From the NCBI GenBank assembly GCA_964016885.1, contig OZ024742.1:246388001-246452000 (forward strand): a DNA stretch of 64,000 bases, written 5' to 3'. The notes beneath the pieces are model-generated. The model was given only the letters and a program-made list of their open reading frames with translations. It was not told the DNA's origin and did no database searches. Every line of letters begins with the position of its first letter. Positions within the stretch are counted from its first letter, which is position 1. This DNA is from Eledone cirrhosa (Eukaryota). A program made the translations under genes and the position numbers. Below, in pieces: positions 25,971-36,999 of this stretch.

Positions 25971-28145
25971 AGAAAAGTTAGCGTAAGTATCACACTACAG
26001 TCAGGCAAGAAAACGCCGCGAAAAATGTTCTTCCAAAGAACCTATACTTTAACAAAGGCATATATAATGTGTGTCTGTATGGTCAAATGTGTGAACAGAA
26101 AATTGGAACGTTAACTTATGTTAAGAGTTAAAGGATGAAAGTAAATTAAAAGTTAAAAAAGATTTTAGAGTTAAAAGAAATTTTTAAAATAATTAGAAAA
26201 TTAATAGAAAATTAAAGGTTTGGGTTGCGGGATTTATTTAATGAAACTACAGAGAGAGTCTTATATGAACAAGTTTAAGTGTATTATTGGGAATCCCTAT
26301 AAGTTATCGAGGTGGGATATAGAGTAAAGATTAAAGCCTGCGATTGTAAATCCCAGCCAGCACCTCCTAATCACGTGTCAGCCAGTTTCGAGTGGTATCG
26401 TCTAGCGAAAGAAATGGAAATTAATTTTTCCGAGTACTCTAGGAACGTGACTGCCATAGGCTTCAGGTGTGTTAGCGGGAAGTCTACCATCTTCGACAGG
26501 CCATCGTCTATACCAAACGAATACTATTAATTCACACAGGAGGGGTTTATTTACGTGCCAGTAGAGGGAGGCATGATACAGCTAACAGTTATGCCTAAGC
26601 CCAGAGTTTATAGGTATAAGTATAATATGGCGGTCAAAACAGGCGGCGGGCCCCGGGGCAAATCCAACCGTTCCGAGTAATTTCATTTACCGAAAGAGGG
26701 GAAATTTATTTTTCCAAGCACTCAAGGAAGGCTGAACTTTCCGAGCGCCCGGCGCACAACCGGGAAAGCGACCACATCAGTCGAAAGTGGTAAAACCCAA
26801 TGAAAATAGACTATAATTATTTTTAAGTCCCAGTTAGTCCGGGTTATAAGTAGTGTGGTTCGTTGGTGGGTAGGGAACTATGAAAGGTGCATAAAGACCT
26901 GAGTAAGGAATAATAAGCAGAAAATCACAAATAAATAAAAGCAGGATACAAAGATACATTAATAAAGTAAAAAGTAAAATACATAAATAAATAAAACGCC
27001 GTCATAGTAGTGATGTAGTGAGACGGAGGAAGTATATAAGAACATATCGGAGGAATCAAAGAAGCAAAGGGGAAATACAGAATAGATCAAGTTGCAGTAA
27101 GATAATACAAAGTTATACATATAGATATAGAGGATGGAAGAGATGGAATGGTATCAGGTGGTACCTAGTGTAAGTTCGGGTCCCAGAACTCAGTGTGAAT
27201 CGCAAAAAGTCCTGAAGTATAGAGTAGAGAGTTCAGTCAATACAATACATGTTTAAGTATAATACGTAGAATTTTGTCGGAATCCGAATATTCCCGACAA
27301 GGAAGCAGCATTGGATCGGGTGGGCGGTAGACAAAGCACAGAGCAGCCAAAATCCGAATGGTAAGTAGATCAGTTAATCCCATGCTGGCAATAGCTGTAC
27401 ACTGAAGTCAGTGCCGCTGTTCAATATTACATCTGAAAGTGCTCAACATTATCGGAGCATTATTTATTTAGGTTTGTTGGTTCACGATCAGATAGAATTG
27501 GTCATTCCGTATGGTCAATCTTGATGTAATATGGAAAGTACTCAACGTAGTGCAGTTCACCCGTCTTCGTTTGTGTAGTTGGTGGTGCGAATACGGAGTT
27601 AATTATTATGAATAAAATAACAGGAGGCTGGACTGGTGTAAATCCTTGAAAAGTTTATTATACTATGATCATTTCAATGACCGGGTTCCCTATGAATCCG
27701 GTGAAATCATCAGGTATTCGAAATATAACAAAGGAATATATAACAATCCATGGGTCCGAAAATCAGAGACAGAGAGGACGACTGACCAACTAGCTGTTTT
27801 CACCTCGGTCAGTCGCCCTCAAGTAATGGCTATTCGGTCTACTAATGACCATCTAGTGAAAGGGCGAAGGCTTATAATGTACTACCTCCTCTCCGTCAGA
27901 GAATAAAAAAAGAGAAGAAATAAAGAAAGAAAGAAGAAAAGTCAGCGTAAGGGTCACACTACAGTCAGGCAAGAAAACGCCGCGAAAAATATTCTTCCAA
28001 AGAACCTATATTTTAACAAAAGCATATATAATGGGTGTCTGTATGGTCAAATGTGTGAACAGAAAATTGGAACGTTAACTTATGTTAAGAGTTAAAGGAT
28101 GAAATTAAATTAAAAGTTAAACAAATTTTTAGAGTTAAAAGAAAT
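25450..28145 (-). mobile_element. Family J: non-autonomous partial-tandem element with a 2011-nt period and one HHR per repeat
   Basis: Direct repeats ~25450-26182 and ~27463-28145. HHRs at 25649-25706 and 27660-27717 (minus): atac-CTGATGA-accgg/ccggt-GAAA-tgatca-TA-gtat. No RT or EN ORF in between. Confidence 0.8.
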
Positions 28146-28545
28146 TAAAAATGAAAACACACACACATAGAACAAACAACCAACCAGTAACATGTAAATA
28201 AACAAATAAATAAACAAATAAAAACACACACAGTTACCCGGATGTAACACATGCGTAAACTAAGCACACAACACACACAAAAACAAGATGGCGTAGGACA
28301 GAACAAAGGAGAGGCACAAAACAAAGAGAAGAATCCCCAGTCACTGAAGAGGTCACAGAATGTGTGACGAAAGAACTTTGACAATATATGAACAACCGTC
28401 CGGTTGTGGAACCAACCAACCAACCGGAAATTTATAAATTTAATTTATAATAAATTGGAGTGAAAGCAACTGGTGCGTGTGTTTCTTATTGGCAACATGA
28501 CCCTCCCAAAGTATACCAATATCGGTTTCAACACACGTTTTCAGT
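28146..28545 (+). mobile_element. Family I-related HHR element
   Basis: HHR at 28340-28382: gtca-CTGAAGA-gtcaca/tgtgac-GAAA-gaac-TT-tgac; homolog at ~59645-59930. Confidence 0.7.
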
Positions 28546-29252
28546 ACTAATTAGAGATACCAGAACTATAAAAATTGATGAGCAGAACAAACAAACATTA
28601 AACAATCCTTTAAAAAATAATTTAAATATCTACCTGTTCATAATGCTATTACCGGCGGTTTCCATCCACAAAAGATTGGAAATTCGGAGAATAGCATTAT
28701 GAACAGGTAGATATTTAAATTATTTTTTGATTTATTTAAAGGATTGTTTAATGTTTGTTTGTTCTGCTCATCAATTTTTATAGTTCTGGTATCTCTAATT
28801 AGTTCCATAGAACAACAATTGTATTATGGACACCCTATATATCTCTATGGGTACTTAGTACTCAGTGAGATATTTACCTCATTTTTATATATTCTCCAAT
28901 CTATGTAGAGAAAAAAATTCGTTGTTGCTTACTGCTATTTTTTTAGCAGCCAAGCCATCAACAAGTCTATAATATTCCCGCTTGCTCTAGTGGCCAGGTC
29001 ACGTATGGGTCACTTTAACGGTTATAACTCATACGAGCTGGTAGTTAGCATTATATTTGCGGACCATGGGACATATGTCCTATAGAAAGGAAATAGCTAT
29101 CTGATGAAATCTACTTTCCGTTGGAAATTCTCCGAATTTCTAATCTTTTGTAAATGGAAACCGCCGGTAATAGCATTATGAACAGGTAGATATTTAAATT
29201 ATTTTTTAATTTATTTAAAGGATTGTTTAATGTTTGTTTGTTCTGCTCATCA

Positions 29253-29260
<8 letters not shown>
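28546..29260 (+). mobile_element. Element N: inverted segment (28546-28692), 479-nt monomer (28691-29169) and partial repeat (29170-29260) ending in (TA)n
   Basis: HHR at 29096-29174: gctat-CTGATGA-...-GAAA-ccgccgg-TA-atagc; the sequence after the cleavage site recurs at 28691. Confidence 0.85.
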
Positions 29261-29315
<55 letters not shown>

Positions 29316-29711
29316 ACACACACACATATCTATATATATACATATATAATATATCTATATCTATATACACAGAGAGAGAGAGAGAGAGTTAAAATCCAGA
29401 CCACGGCGCCAACCCTTTGAAAGGGTGAAGTAAATATAGGTGTGAAAAAAATAGGCCACTGGTCTTGGTAGTGATTTAGTTGAATTTATCATAGTAGTAA
29501 ACTGGTCTAATGGAGAAAGCGAGGAGTAGGGGCAGACAATGGTAAGTGTATCTGGACAGGCAAAGGGTCATGTGAAGGATGTACTGTGGGTAGGGTGTTG
29601 TGTGTAGGATTGGAGTAGGAGGAGAAGGGTCATTTGCACATGCGAAAAACCTGTGCAAAACTAGTGCAAAACTAGCGCCCAAGCATTTGTATGTGGAGCA
29701 TAAAGCAAACC

Positions 29712-29843
29712 ACAGACCTAGCTCCGGGTGATTTCTACTTTTTCTCTAAGTTGAAATTGAAGTTGAAGGTTCCTCATTTTGGGACTGTGGAAAACATATA
29801 GAAAATTGTAACCGACAAGCTAAGAACACTCATAGAAAATGAT
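29712..29843 (+). mobile_element. Tc1/mariner transposase remnant (C-terminal)
   Basis: Translates TDLAPGDFYFFSKLKLKLKVPHFGTVENI*KIVTDKLRTL, matching the mariner (YS)PDLAPxDFxLF motif region. Confidence 0.75.
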
Positions 29844-29888
29844 AAGAATATGTAATATGCTACCTAAATATCTTTCATTATATCATTA

Positions 29889-30283
29889 GGGGGTGGAATG
29901 GCAGTATTGGTAGAGGGTCGGACGCCATGCTTTCCAGCATAGTTACGTCCCTTTACTATCTGAGTTCAAATCCCGCCGAGGTTGACTTTGCCTTTCATCC
30001 TTACGGGGTCGATAAAATAAAGTACCAGTAATGCGCTGGGTAATTGCTGGCCTTGTGCCTAACGTAGAAACAATTATATCATTAGGGGCGGTGGATTGGC
30101 AGTATTGGTAGAGGGTCGGACACCATGCTTTGACGCATAGAGTTACGGCCCTTGCCATTCTGAATTCAAATCCCGCCGAGGTTAACTTTGCCTTTCATCC
30201 TTATGGGGTCGATAAAATAAAGTACCAGTAATACACTGGGTAATTGCTGGCCTTGTACCAAAAGTAGGAACAATTATATCATT
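29889..30283 (+). mobile_element. Two full-length SINEs in tandem, with ATTATATCATT before, between and after
   Basis: Copies start at 29889 and 30085. Confidence 0.9.
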
Positions 30284-30701
30284 TGCCCGGTATTATAGTT
30301 GTTTGGGAGGTGCGTAAATCCAACGACCAGCAACATGTGGTCCTTTGAGTATCGTCCTGTTCAGACTAACTTTGGTTATATATCTCGAGTGCTTGGAATC
30401 GATTAATTATTTAATCAATGTTCCCCTCCCTTCACTTTTTGAATATACTCAGTCACTAGTAACCTACTTACTTTGGAAATTAGAATTTAAAAAATAACTG
30501 CCTTTGTTAAAATTTATTTCATATAAATTTAGCACATAATGTTTGTAAGTTCTAATAAACCTTATTGTTTTTGAAAATTCCTTAATCTTATAATTCTCAT
30601 TATCATTTTTTTAAAACTCCTATTCTATTATTGTCTATATCTTTTAAAAACCCCTATTCTATTCGTGTCCCTATTTATTTATTTATTATTATTATTATTA
30701 T

Positions 30702-30968
30702 TCGCCGAGGTTAACTTTGACTTTCATCCTTCCGGGGTCGATAGAATAAAGTACCAGTAATGCATTGGTAATTGCTGGCCTTGTGCCAAAAGTAGAAACA
30801 ATTATTATTATTATTATTATTATTATTAAGAGTTACGGCCCTTGCCATTCTGAGTTCAAATCCCGCCGAGGTTAACTTTGCCTTTCATCCTTACCGGGTC
30901 GATAAAATAAAGTACCAGTAATACACTGGGATAATTGCTGGGCCAAAAGTAGAAACAATTATTATTAT
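30702..30968 (+). mobile_element. Two 5'-truncated SINEs in (ATT)n
   Basis: Family core plus ATT tails and flanks. Confidence 0.85.
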
Positions 30969-31402
30969 TTTTTTTCTTTCTATTTTTAAATACCGCCATG
31001 TAGACTGACTTGACTGACTGATGTACCCGAATCGAATTTTCTATTTCTACTATATTTGTTCTATCTCCTATCTTCTATTCTATGTTTAGGTTCAACGTAA
31101 TCCTGTTACATCATTCTGCAAAAAAACCCTAGTCTTGCATCATAATCGGATGATAGAGCTGGGTCAACAAAATATGTATAATTCTTTCGCAGAATAGAAT
31201 TAAAATTCTAAAATAAATTTTCCAGTCCGACCTTCTGTTGTTGTTTTAATGACTACTTTAATCCGTTCCTGCATCAGTCTGGATATCACATCTACGATGG
31301 ATGATTTGCATAACGTTGACTGCTTTAATTAATTTGTTGCATCATCGTTAATCAACCCGAACCACAGGTTCTAATCATTAGTAAACAGCGCCTAACATAA
31401 AT

Positions 31403-31452
<50 letters not shown>

Positions 31453-31455
<3 letters not shown>

Positions 31456-32216
31456 AAAATTAAGATGAATTTAATCTAAATCAAAGTTATGGGTGTCGTG
31501 CCAGAAAAACATGCGCCATATCACCCGCAAAATAATCTCTAAGATTCTAACGAGTAGGTCCGAGCATTTTATAATAACTAGAAATTGATTAACATATAAA
31601 TAAGCATGAATAACCACAGGAGATAATTTTTACAAGTGTGTAACCACACATAGCTAAAGTTGACCAGAACTTCAAAAATAGATACCTTATATGATTAATC
31701 TTCCCTGTATATATTCCATTAAAGAAATATATTTCACCAATTAATCGGATGGTAAACCACGGAAGTGGAGACTTGGATTTTCAACAAGGAAGAAGTTCCA
31801 GCGATCCTTAATTGTAGAGCTAACTCTGTTGAAAGGACTCGACTGCTGTTTCTAGTTGCAGATAACCCTATTCATGCCACTGGGACGAAGCTAGTATGAT
31901 GTGTGTATTTCTAATAGATATACCACGTGTTGCTGGCCAGTCGCTGATTTGAACTTGAAGTGTAAACACGGATCGCTGGAACTTCTTCCTTCTTGAAAAT
32001 CCAAGTCTTCACTTCCGTGGTTTACCATCCGATTAATTGGTGAAATATATTTCTTTAATGGAATATATACAGGGAAGATTAATCATATAAGGTATCTATT
32101 TTTGAAGTTCTGGTCAACTTTTTTTAGTTACGTATCTAGCTATGTGTGGTTACACACTTGTAAAAATTATCTCCTGTGATTATTCATGTTTATTTATATG
32201 TTAATCAATTTCTAGT

Positions 32217-32223
<7 letters not shown>
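31453..32223. mobile_element. Fold-back HHR element O (arms ~31569-31807 / 31970-32223, left tail) with a variant-core hammerhead
   Basis: cttcctt(g/c)-TTGAAAA-stem II-GAAA-tatatt/aatata-TA-cagggaag at 31985-32077 (+) and 31700-31792 (-). Confidence 0.78.
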
Positions 32224-32286
<63 letters not shown>

Positions 32287-32366
32287 GGTAAACAGAAATA
32301 ACAACACAATCGGTATAGTGTATGGAAGGAATATATTAGTTTAACGCTTGAAATAGCAGGAAGAGG

Positions 32367-32404
32367 TTCTTAACGTTTCCGACGCTAGTCCTTCATCAGA
32401 AGAA
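32367..32404 (-). ncRNA. Minimal type I hammerhead ribozyme in a short pLTR-like fragment
   Basis: ttctt-CTGATGA-ag.gac/gtc.g-GAAA-cg-TT-aagaa (AACGTT palindromic stem III). Confidence 0.8.
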
Positions 32405-32647
32405 AGAAAGAGAAATTAGAAAGATTGAAGGGTCGGTCAGGGCGGAATTGGAAAAAAATGCTTTTAGAGAAAAATAACAGGTTCATTCATGTTGCAATCT
32501 CTTGGAAAACTGTTGATGCTGGCGCTTTGTGTATGATATATTTTTTTTTAGAAAAATGGAAAATAGAATCGTGTTGTATATAGAGCTAAACGTGTGCACG
32601 TGCGCATGCGCGCGTGTGTTATTATACGTCCGTACGAAGCTAAGATG

Positions 32648-32705
<58 letters not shown>

Positions 32706-32708
<3 letters not shown>

Positions 32709-32960
32709 GATAAATCTACCAAAATATACGGTAGTGTCCAATCCGTATGAAGAACTCAATACCCAAATATCATGAAAAGAGAAGATGTATTCAACAATTT
32801 TCGATGAAAATCACAGGAAAACAGAGTCAACATAAATTAACAAAAACAATGAATAAAAACAAAGAACAAGTTCCTTATATTAAAAAAAATTTTAATATAA
32901 AGAATTTTTTAATATAAGGAACTTGTTCTTTGTTTTTATTCATTGTTTTTATTAATTTAT
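32706..32960. mobile_element. Short fold-back Q (arms ~32832-32890 / 32903-32960) plus left tail, in (TA)n
   Basis: Reverse-complement match; TATTGAGT motif in the tail (minus). Confidence 0.7.
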
Positions 32961-33277
32961 ATATATATATATATTTATTATAAGAACAGCTTAAAATGTA
33001 AGCAAAGAATCGTTGCTTTCAGCCTTAACGGGATCTTCTAATTACTTATAAATTGTATAGCCATTGTATTTCTTTTCAAATTATATTTTCTTTGTATTAG
33101 TTGTTTATAATATTATCAAACTTTTTTGCTGGTTTCAGTCATTAGACTGCGGCCATACCAAGACAGTTTCCCAAATCCATTAAAACTACATAAAATGAAA
33201 TTGAGATTGACTTTAACTTTCCACATTCTTGGGCCAATGTAATAAAAAAACAGTTATGCACTGGAATAGATTTAACA

Positions 33278-33570
33278 TTTCTAAAATGCCGTCTATATGT
33301 GCGTGGAATTATAACGGAAAATAAAAGTCAACTTAGTCTCATCTTTCTGTGGTTGATATAATAAAATATCAGTGAAATACTGGGGCACAATCGTGTATTT
33401 CTATAAAGATAGTCAAGATGTGAATGGAATTATAATAGAAGATGTAGACGCACATTGTCTTACATCTTTCCGTGGCTGATATAACAATGCACCAGTGAAT
33501 AACCGAGGGAAGATTTTTGTATTCCTAAAAAGATAGCCAAGATGTGAATTGAATTATAATAGAAGATTCA
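33278..33570 (+). repeat. ~2.4 degenerate tandem units of ~120 bp containing an old SINE core
   Basis: gatgtgaatggaattataat...catctttc.gtgg.tgatata...cagtgaa recurs; homolog at ~36800-36898. Confidence 0.55.
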
Positions 33571-33860
33571 GCATAAGACGAACAAATCAATGTGAAATCA
33601 AAATGGCGCTGACCGACTTTTCCATGGAAAGTCAAAGGCAATTAACGAGCGGTCGTTGTTACTATAGCTGTCCCGAGTAATTTTCGGACGGTATGTCACG
33701 GAAAGACTCTGGGGTTTGGTGGTGGTGTAGTCAGCGGGAGTGTGTGTATTTTACCAACTGTTTGATTGTTGTTGTCAATTAAATGTGATCTTCACTCCAC
33801 TAATTGTCGTTGACTAAACAGACAAAACAACATGGCCGCCGAATCAGCCGGGAAAGAAAG

Positions 33861-33893
<33 letters not shown>

Positions 33894-33898
<5 letters not shown>

Positions 33899-34172
33899 GA
33901 TGATATTGGTGATATTCGTCCAGACTTTTGGCTTTGTTTTGTTTGTTTAGTTGTCCTACTCCTCCTCCTCCCCCTCCTCCACCACTACTACCACCACCGC
34001 CGCCGCACCTGTCACCGCCGCATCTGACGCCGCCGCCGCCACCACCACCGCCACCGCCACCACCACCAACACGACGACGACGACGACGACCACCACCACC
34101 ACCACCGTCGCCGCCACCACCACCACCTCATTCGAAATAGCAGCAACGGACGTTGTTCACGGAAGTTCAAAG
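33894..34172 (+). CDS. Candidate host coding exon: signal-peptide-like MRMILVIFVQTFGFVLFV, in-frame TAG (33948-33950), Ser/Thr/Ala-rich mucin-like segment, donor AAG|GTGAAT
   Basis: Hand translation. Upstream 33590-33860 is unique, CpG-containing sequence with AAAATGGCG and CAACATGGCCG (YY1-like) motifs. Alternatively a 222-nt internal exon 33951-34172, with the TAG as the splice acceptor. Confidence 0.4.
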
Positions 34173-34194
34173 GTGAATTAATTACTATTATGGC

Positions 34195-35285
34195 CACCAT
34201 CATCACCACAACCATCACTACCATCGCCATCATTATCACCATCATCACCACAACCATCACTATCATCGCCATCATTATCACCATCATCACCACAACCATC
34301 ACCATCATCGCCATCATTACCACCATCATCACCACAACCATCACCATCATCGCCATCATTATCACCATCATCACCACAACCATCACTACCATCGCCATCA
34401 TTATCACCATCATCACCACAACCATCACTACCATCGCCATCATTATCACCATCATCACCACAACCATCACTACCATCGCCATCATTATCACCATCATCAC
34501 CACAACCATCACTACCATCGCCATCATTACCACCATCATCACCACAACCATCACTATCATCGCCATCATTATCACCATCATCACCACAACCATCACTACC
34601 ATCGCCATCATTACCACCATCATCACCACAACCATCACTACCATCGCCATCATTACCACCATCATCACCACAACCATCAGTATCATCGCCATCATTATCA
34701 CCATCATCACCACAACCATCACTACCATCGCCATCATTACCACCATCATCACCACAACCATCACTATCATCGCCATCATTACCACCATCATCACCACAAC
34801 CATCACCATCATCGCCATCATTACCACCATCATCACCACAACCATCACCATCATCGCCATCATTATCACCATCATCACCACAACCATCACTACCATCGCC
34901 ATCATTATCACCATCATCACCACAACCATCACTACCATCGCCATCATTATCACCATCATCACCACAACCATCACTACCATCGCCATCATTACCACCATCA
35001 TCACCACAACCATCAGTACCATCGCCATCATTATCACCATCATCACCACAACCATCACTACCATCGCCATCATTATCACCATCATCACCACAACCATCAC
35101 TACCATCGCCATCATTACCACCATCATCACCACAACCATCACTACCATCGCCATCATTACCACCATCATCACCACAACCATCACTACCATCGCCATCATT
35201 ACCACCATCATCACCACAACCATCACCATCATCGCCATCATTATCACCATCATCACCACAACCATCACCATCATCGTTACCGCCA
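34195..35285. repeat. 42-bp minisatellite, ~26 copies (CACCATCATCACCACAACCATCACTACCATCGCCATCATTAT)
   Basis: Directly visible; variation is confined to a few C/T (rarely G) positions. Confidence 0.95.
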
Positions 35286-35328
35286 TCATTAGTGTCATAA
35301 CCATCATTATTAATATTATTATTAACAC

Positions 35329-36003
35329 AGGGCGGTGGATTGGCAGTGTCGGTAGAGAGTTGGACACCATGCTTTGCAGCACAGAGTTAAGGCCCTTTGC
35401 GGTCTGAGTTCTGATCCTACCGACGTTAACTTTGCCTTTCATCCTTACGGGGTCGATAGAATAAAGTACCAGTCACGCACTGGGGTCAATTTAATCGACT
35501 TTGCCCCTCCCCCAAAATTGCTGGTCTTGTGCCTATACTAGAAACCATTTTGGCAGTATCGGTAGAGGGTCAGACGCCATGCTTTGACGCATAGAGTTAC
35601 AACCCTTGCCATTCTGAGTTCAAATCCCGTCGAGGTTAACTCTGCTTTTCATCCTTACGGGGTCGATAAAATAAAGTACCAGTAATACACTGGGATAATA
35701 GCTGGCCTTGTGCCAAAAGCAGAAACAATTATTAACACAATCGTTATAGTCACTATTGTTATCATCAGCACCATTATCACGGTGGATTGGCAGTATCGTT
35801 AGATCGTCGGAGATAAGGCTGTGCAGCATAGAGTTACGGCCCTTTATGATCTGATTTCAAATCCCGCGGAGGTTAACTATGCCTTTCATCCTTACGGGGT
35901 CGATAAAATAAGGTAACAAACAGTCACGCACTGGAGTCGATTTACTCGAATTTCCCCCTCCCCTCCCAAATTGTTGGCCTTGTGCCTATAGCAGAAATCA
36001 TTA
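35329..36003 (+). mobile_element. Cluster of three same-orientation SINEs
   Basis: Heads at ~35329, ~35550 and ~35780; long and short 3' variants. Confidence 0.88.
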
Positions 36004-36512
36004 TCTTCAATCCTTCACCGTCATCATCATCATCGTCATCGTTGTCATCGTTACCACCACCACCACCACCACCACCACCAGCACCACCATCATCATCATC
36101 AATTAACGTCTGCTTTTCCTGAGAGCAATTGTTCACCGGGCCGTCATAGACCAAGTCAGTACATAACGGAAACCACTGACGTCTCAAACGGCCGGGGCCG
36201 CATCTCATACGTTTTCGCACTCTACAGGATGCACCGGTTGCATTTTATCATGGCAACAGCACAAGGGAGGTTGTCATTTCGTTGACACGACGGAAGAGTC
36301 ATCTCTACCCTTTGTTTGGAAAGTTTTCTATGGCTGGATACCCTTCCTATCCCTTACCGCTTTATAGAAAGCATTGTATGCGTACGCACGTGTTTGTGTA
36401 TTACTTTGTGTATATTACAGTCTGTGTGCATGTGTGTATGTCTTCCACCATGTGTGTGCGTGTGTGTGGTGTGCGATATTAAATTTGATATTTCTATCAT
36501 GAATCCTTTTGG

Positions 36513-36780
36513 AAGTGTGTGGCCAAGTGGTAAGGGTGTTGGACTTACGATCATAATGTTGTGGGTTCGATTCCTGGACTGGGTTGTGTGTTGTGTTCTT
36601 GTGAAAAACACTTCACGTTGTTCCAGTATACTCAATACTGAGTACCGGCAATAGCTGGAGGTTTAATCTTGCGATGGACTGGAGTCCTTTCCAGGGAAAG
36701 TCTTTGACTCTCTCAGTCGCTTCACGCCACCAAACCGGGATAAACTCTGACCTGACGAGCTCCTGGCTTGAGCCACACTT
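36513..36780 (+). mobile_element. Second tRNA-derived SINE family with a V-domain-like core
   Basis: A box TGGCCAAGTGG, B box GGTTCGATTCC, and TGCGATGGACTGG...TCCAGGG resembling the V-SINE conserved domain (from recall). Confidence 0.7.
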
Positions 36781-36999
36781 TAGAATTAGATCATGAATCC
36801 TAGATGTGAATGGAATTATGAAAGAGTTGAGCATTGCCTGTCATATTCCCGTGGGTTGATAAAATAAAGTACCAGTTATTTACTGGTGTTGATTTAACAG
36901 TACTATAAAGAAACTTTAGATATGAATAAACCTACATCTCCACACTAGGACTGTAAGTGCTGCAAAACCATCCTAGAAACACCAACGAGACCCACATGT

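Noticed and set aside
25635-27906. Duplicated plus-strand ORF 'MKSLLYYDHF...' as a gene
   Set aside because: TTG start, antisense overlap with the HHR, and different C-termini; the duplication simply reflects the direct repeat.
34012-35442. 476-aa Met/Val-rich and 405-aa Ile/Thr-rich ORFs; CRISPR-like regular array
   Set aside because: A 42-bp tandem repeat without unique spacers; the ORF ends lie in a SINE and low-complexity DNA.
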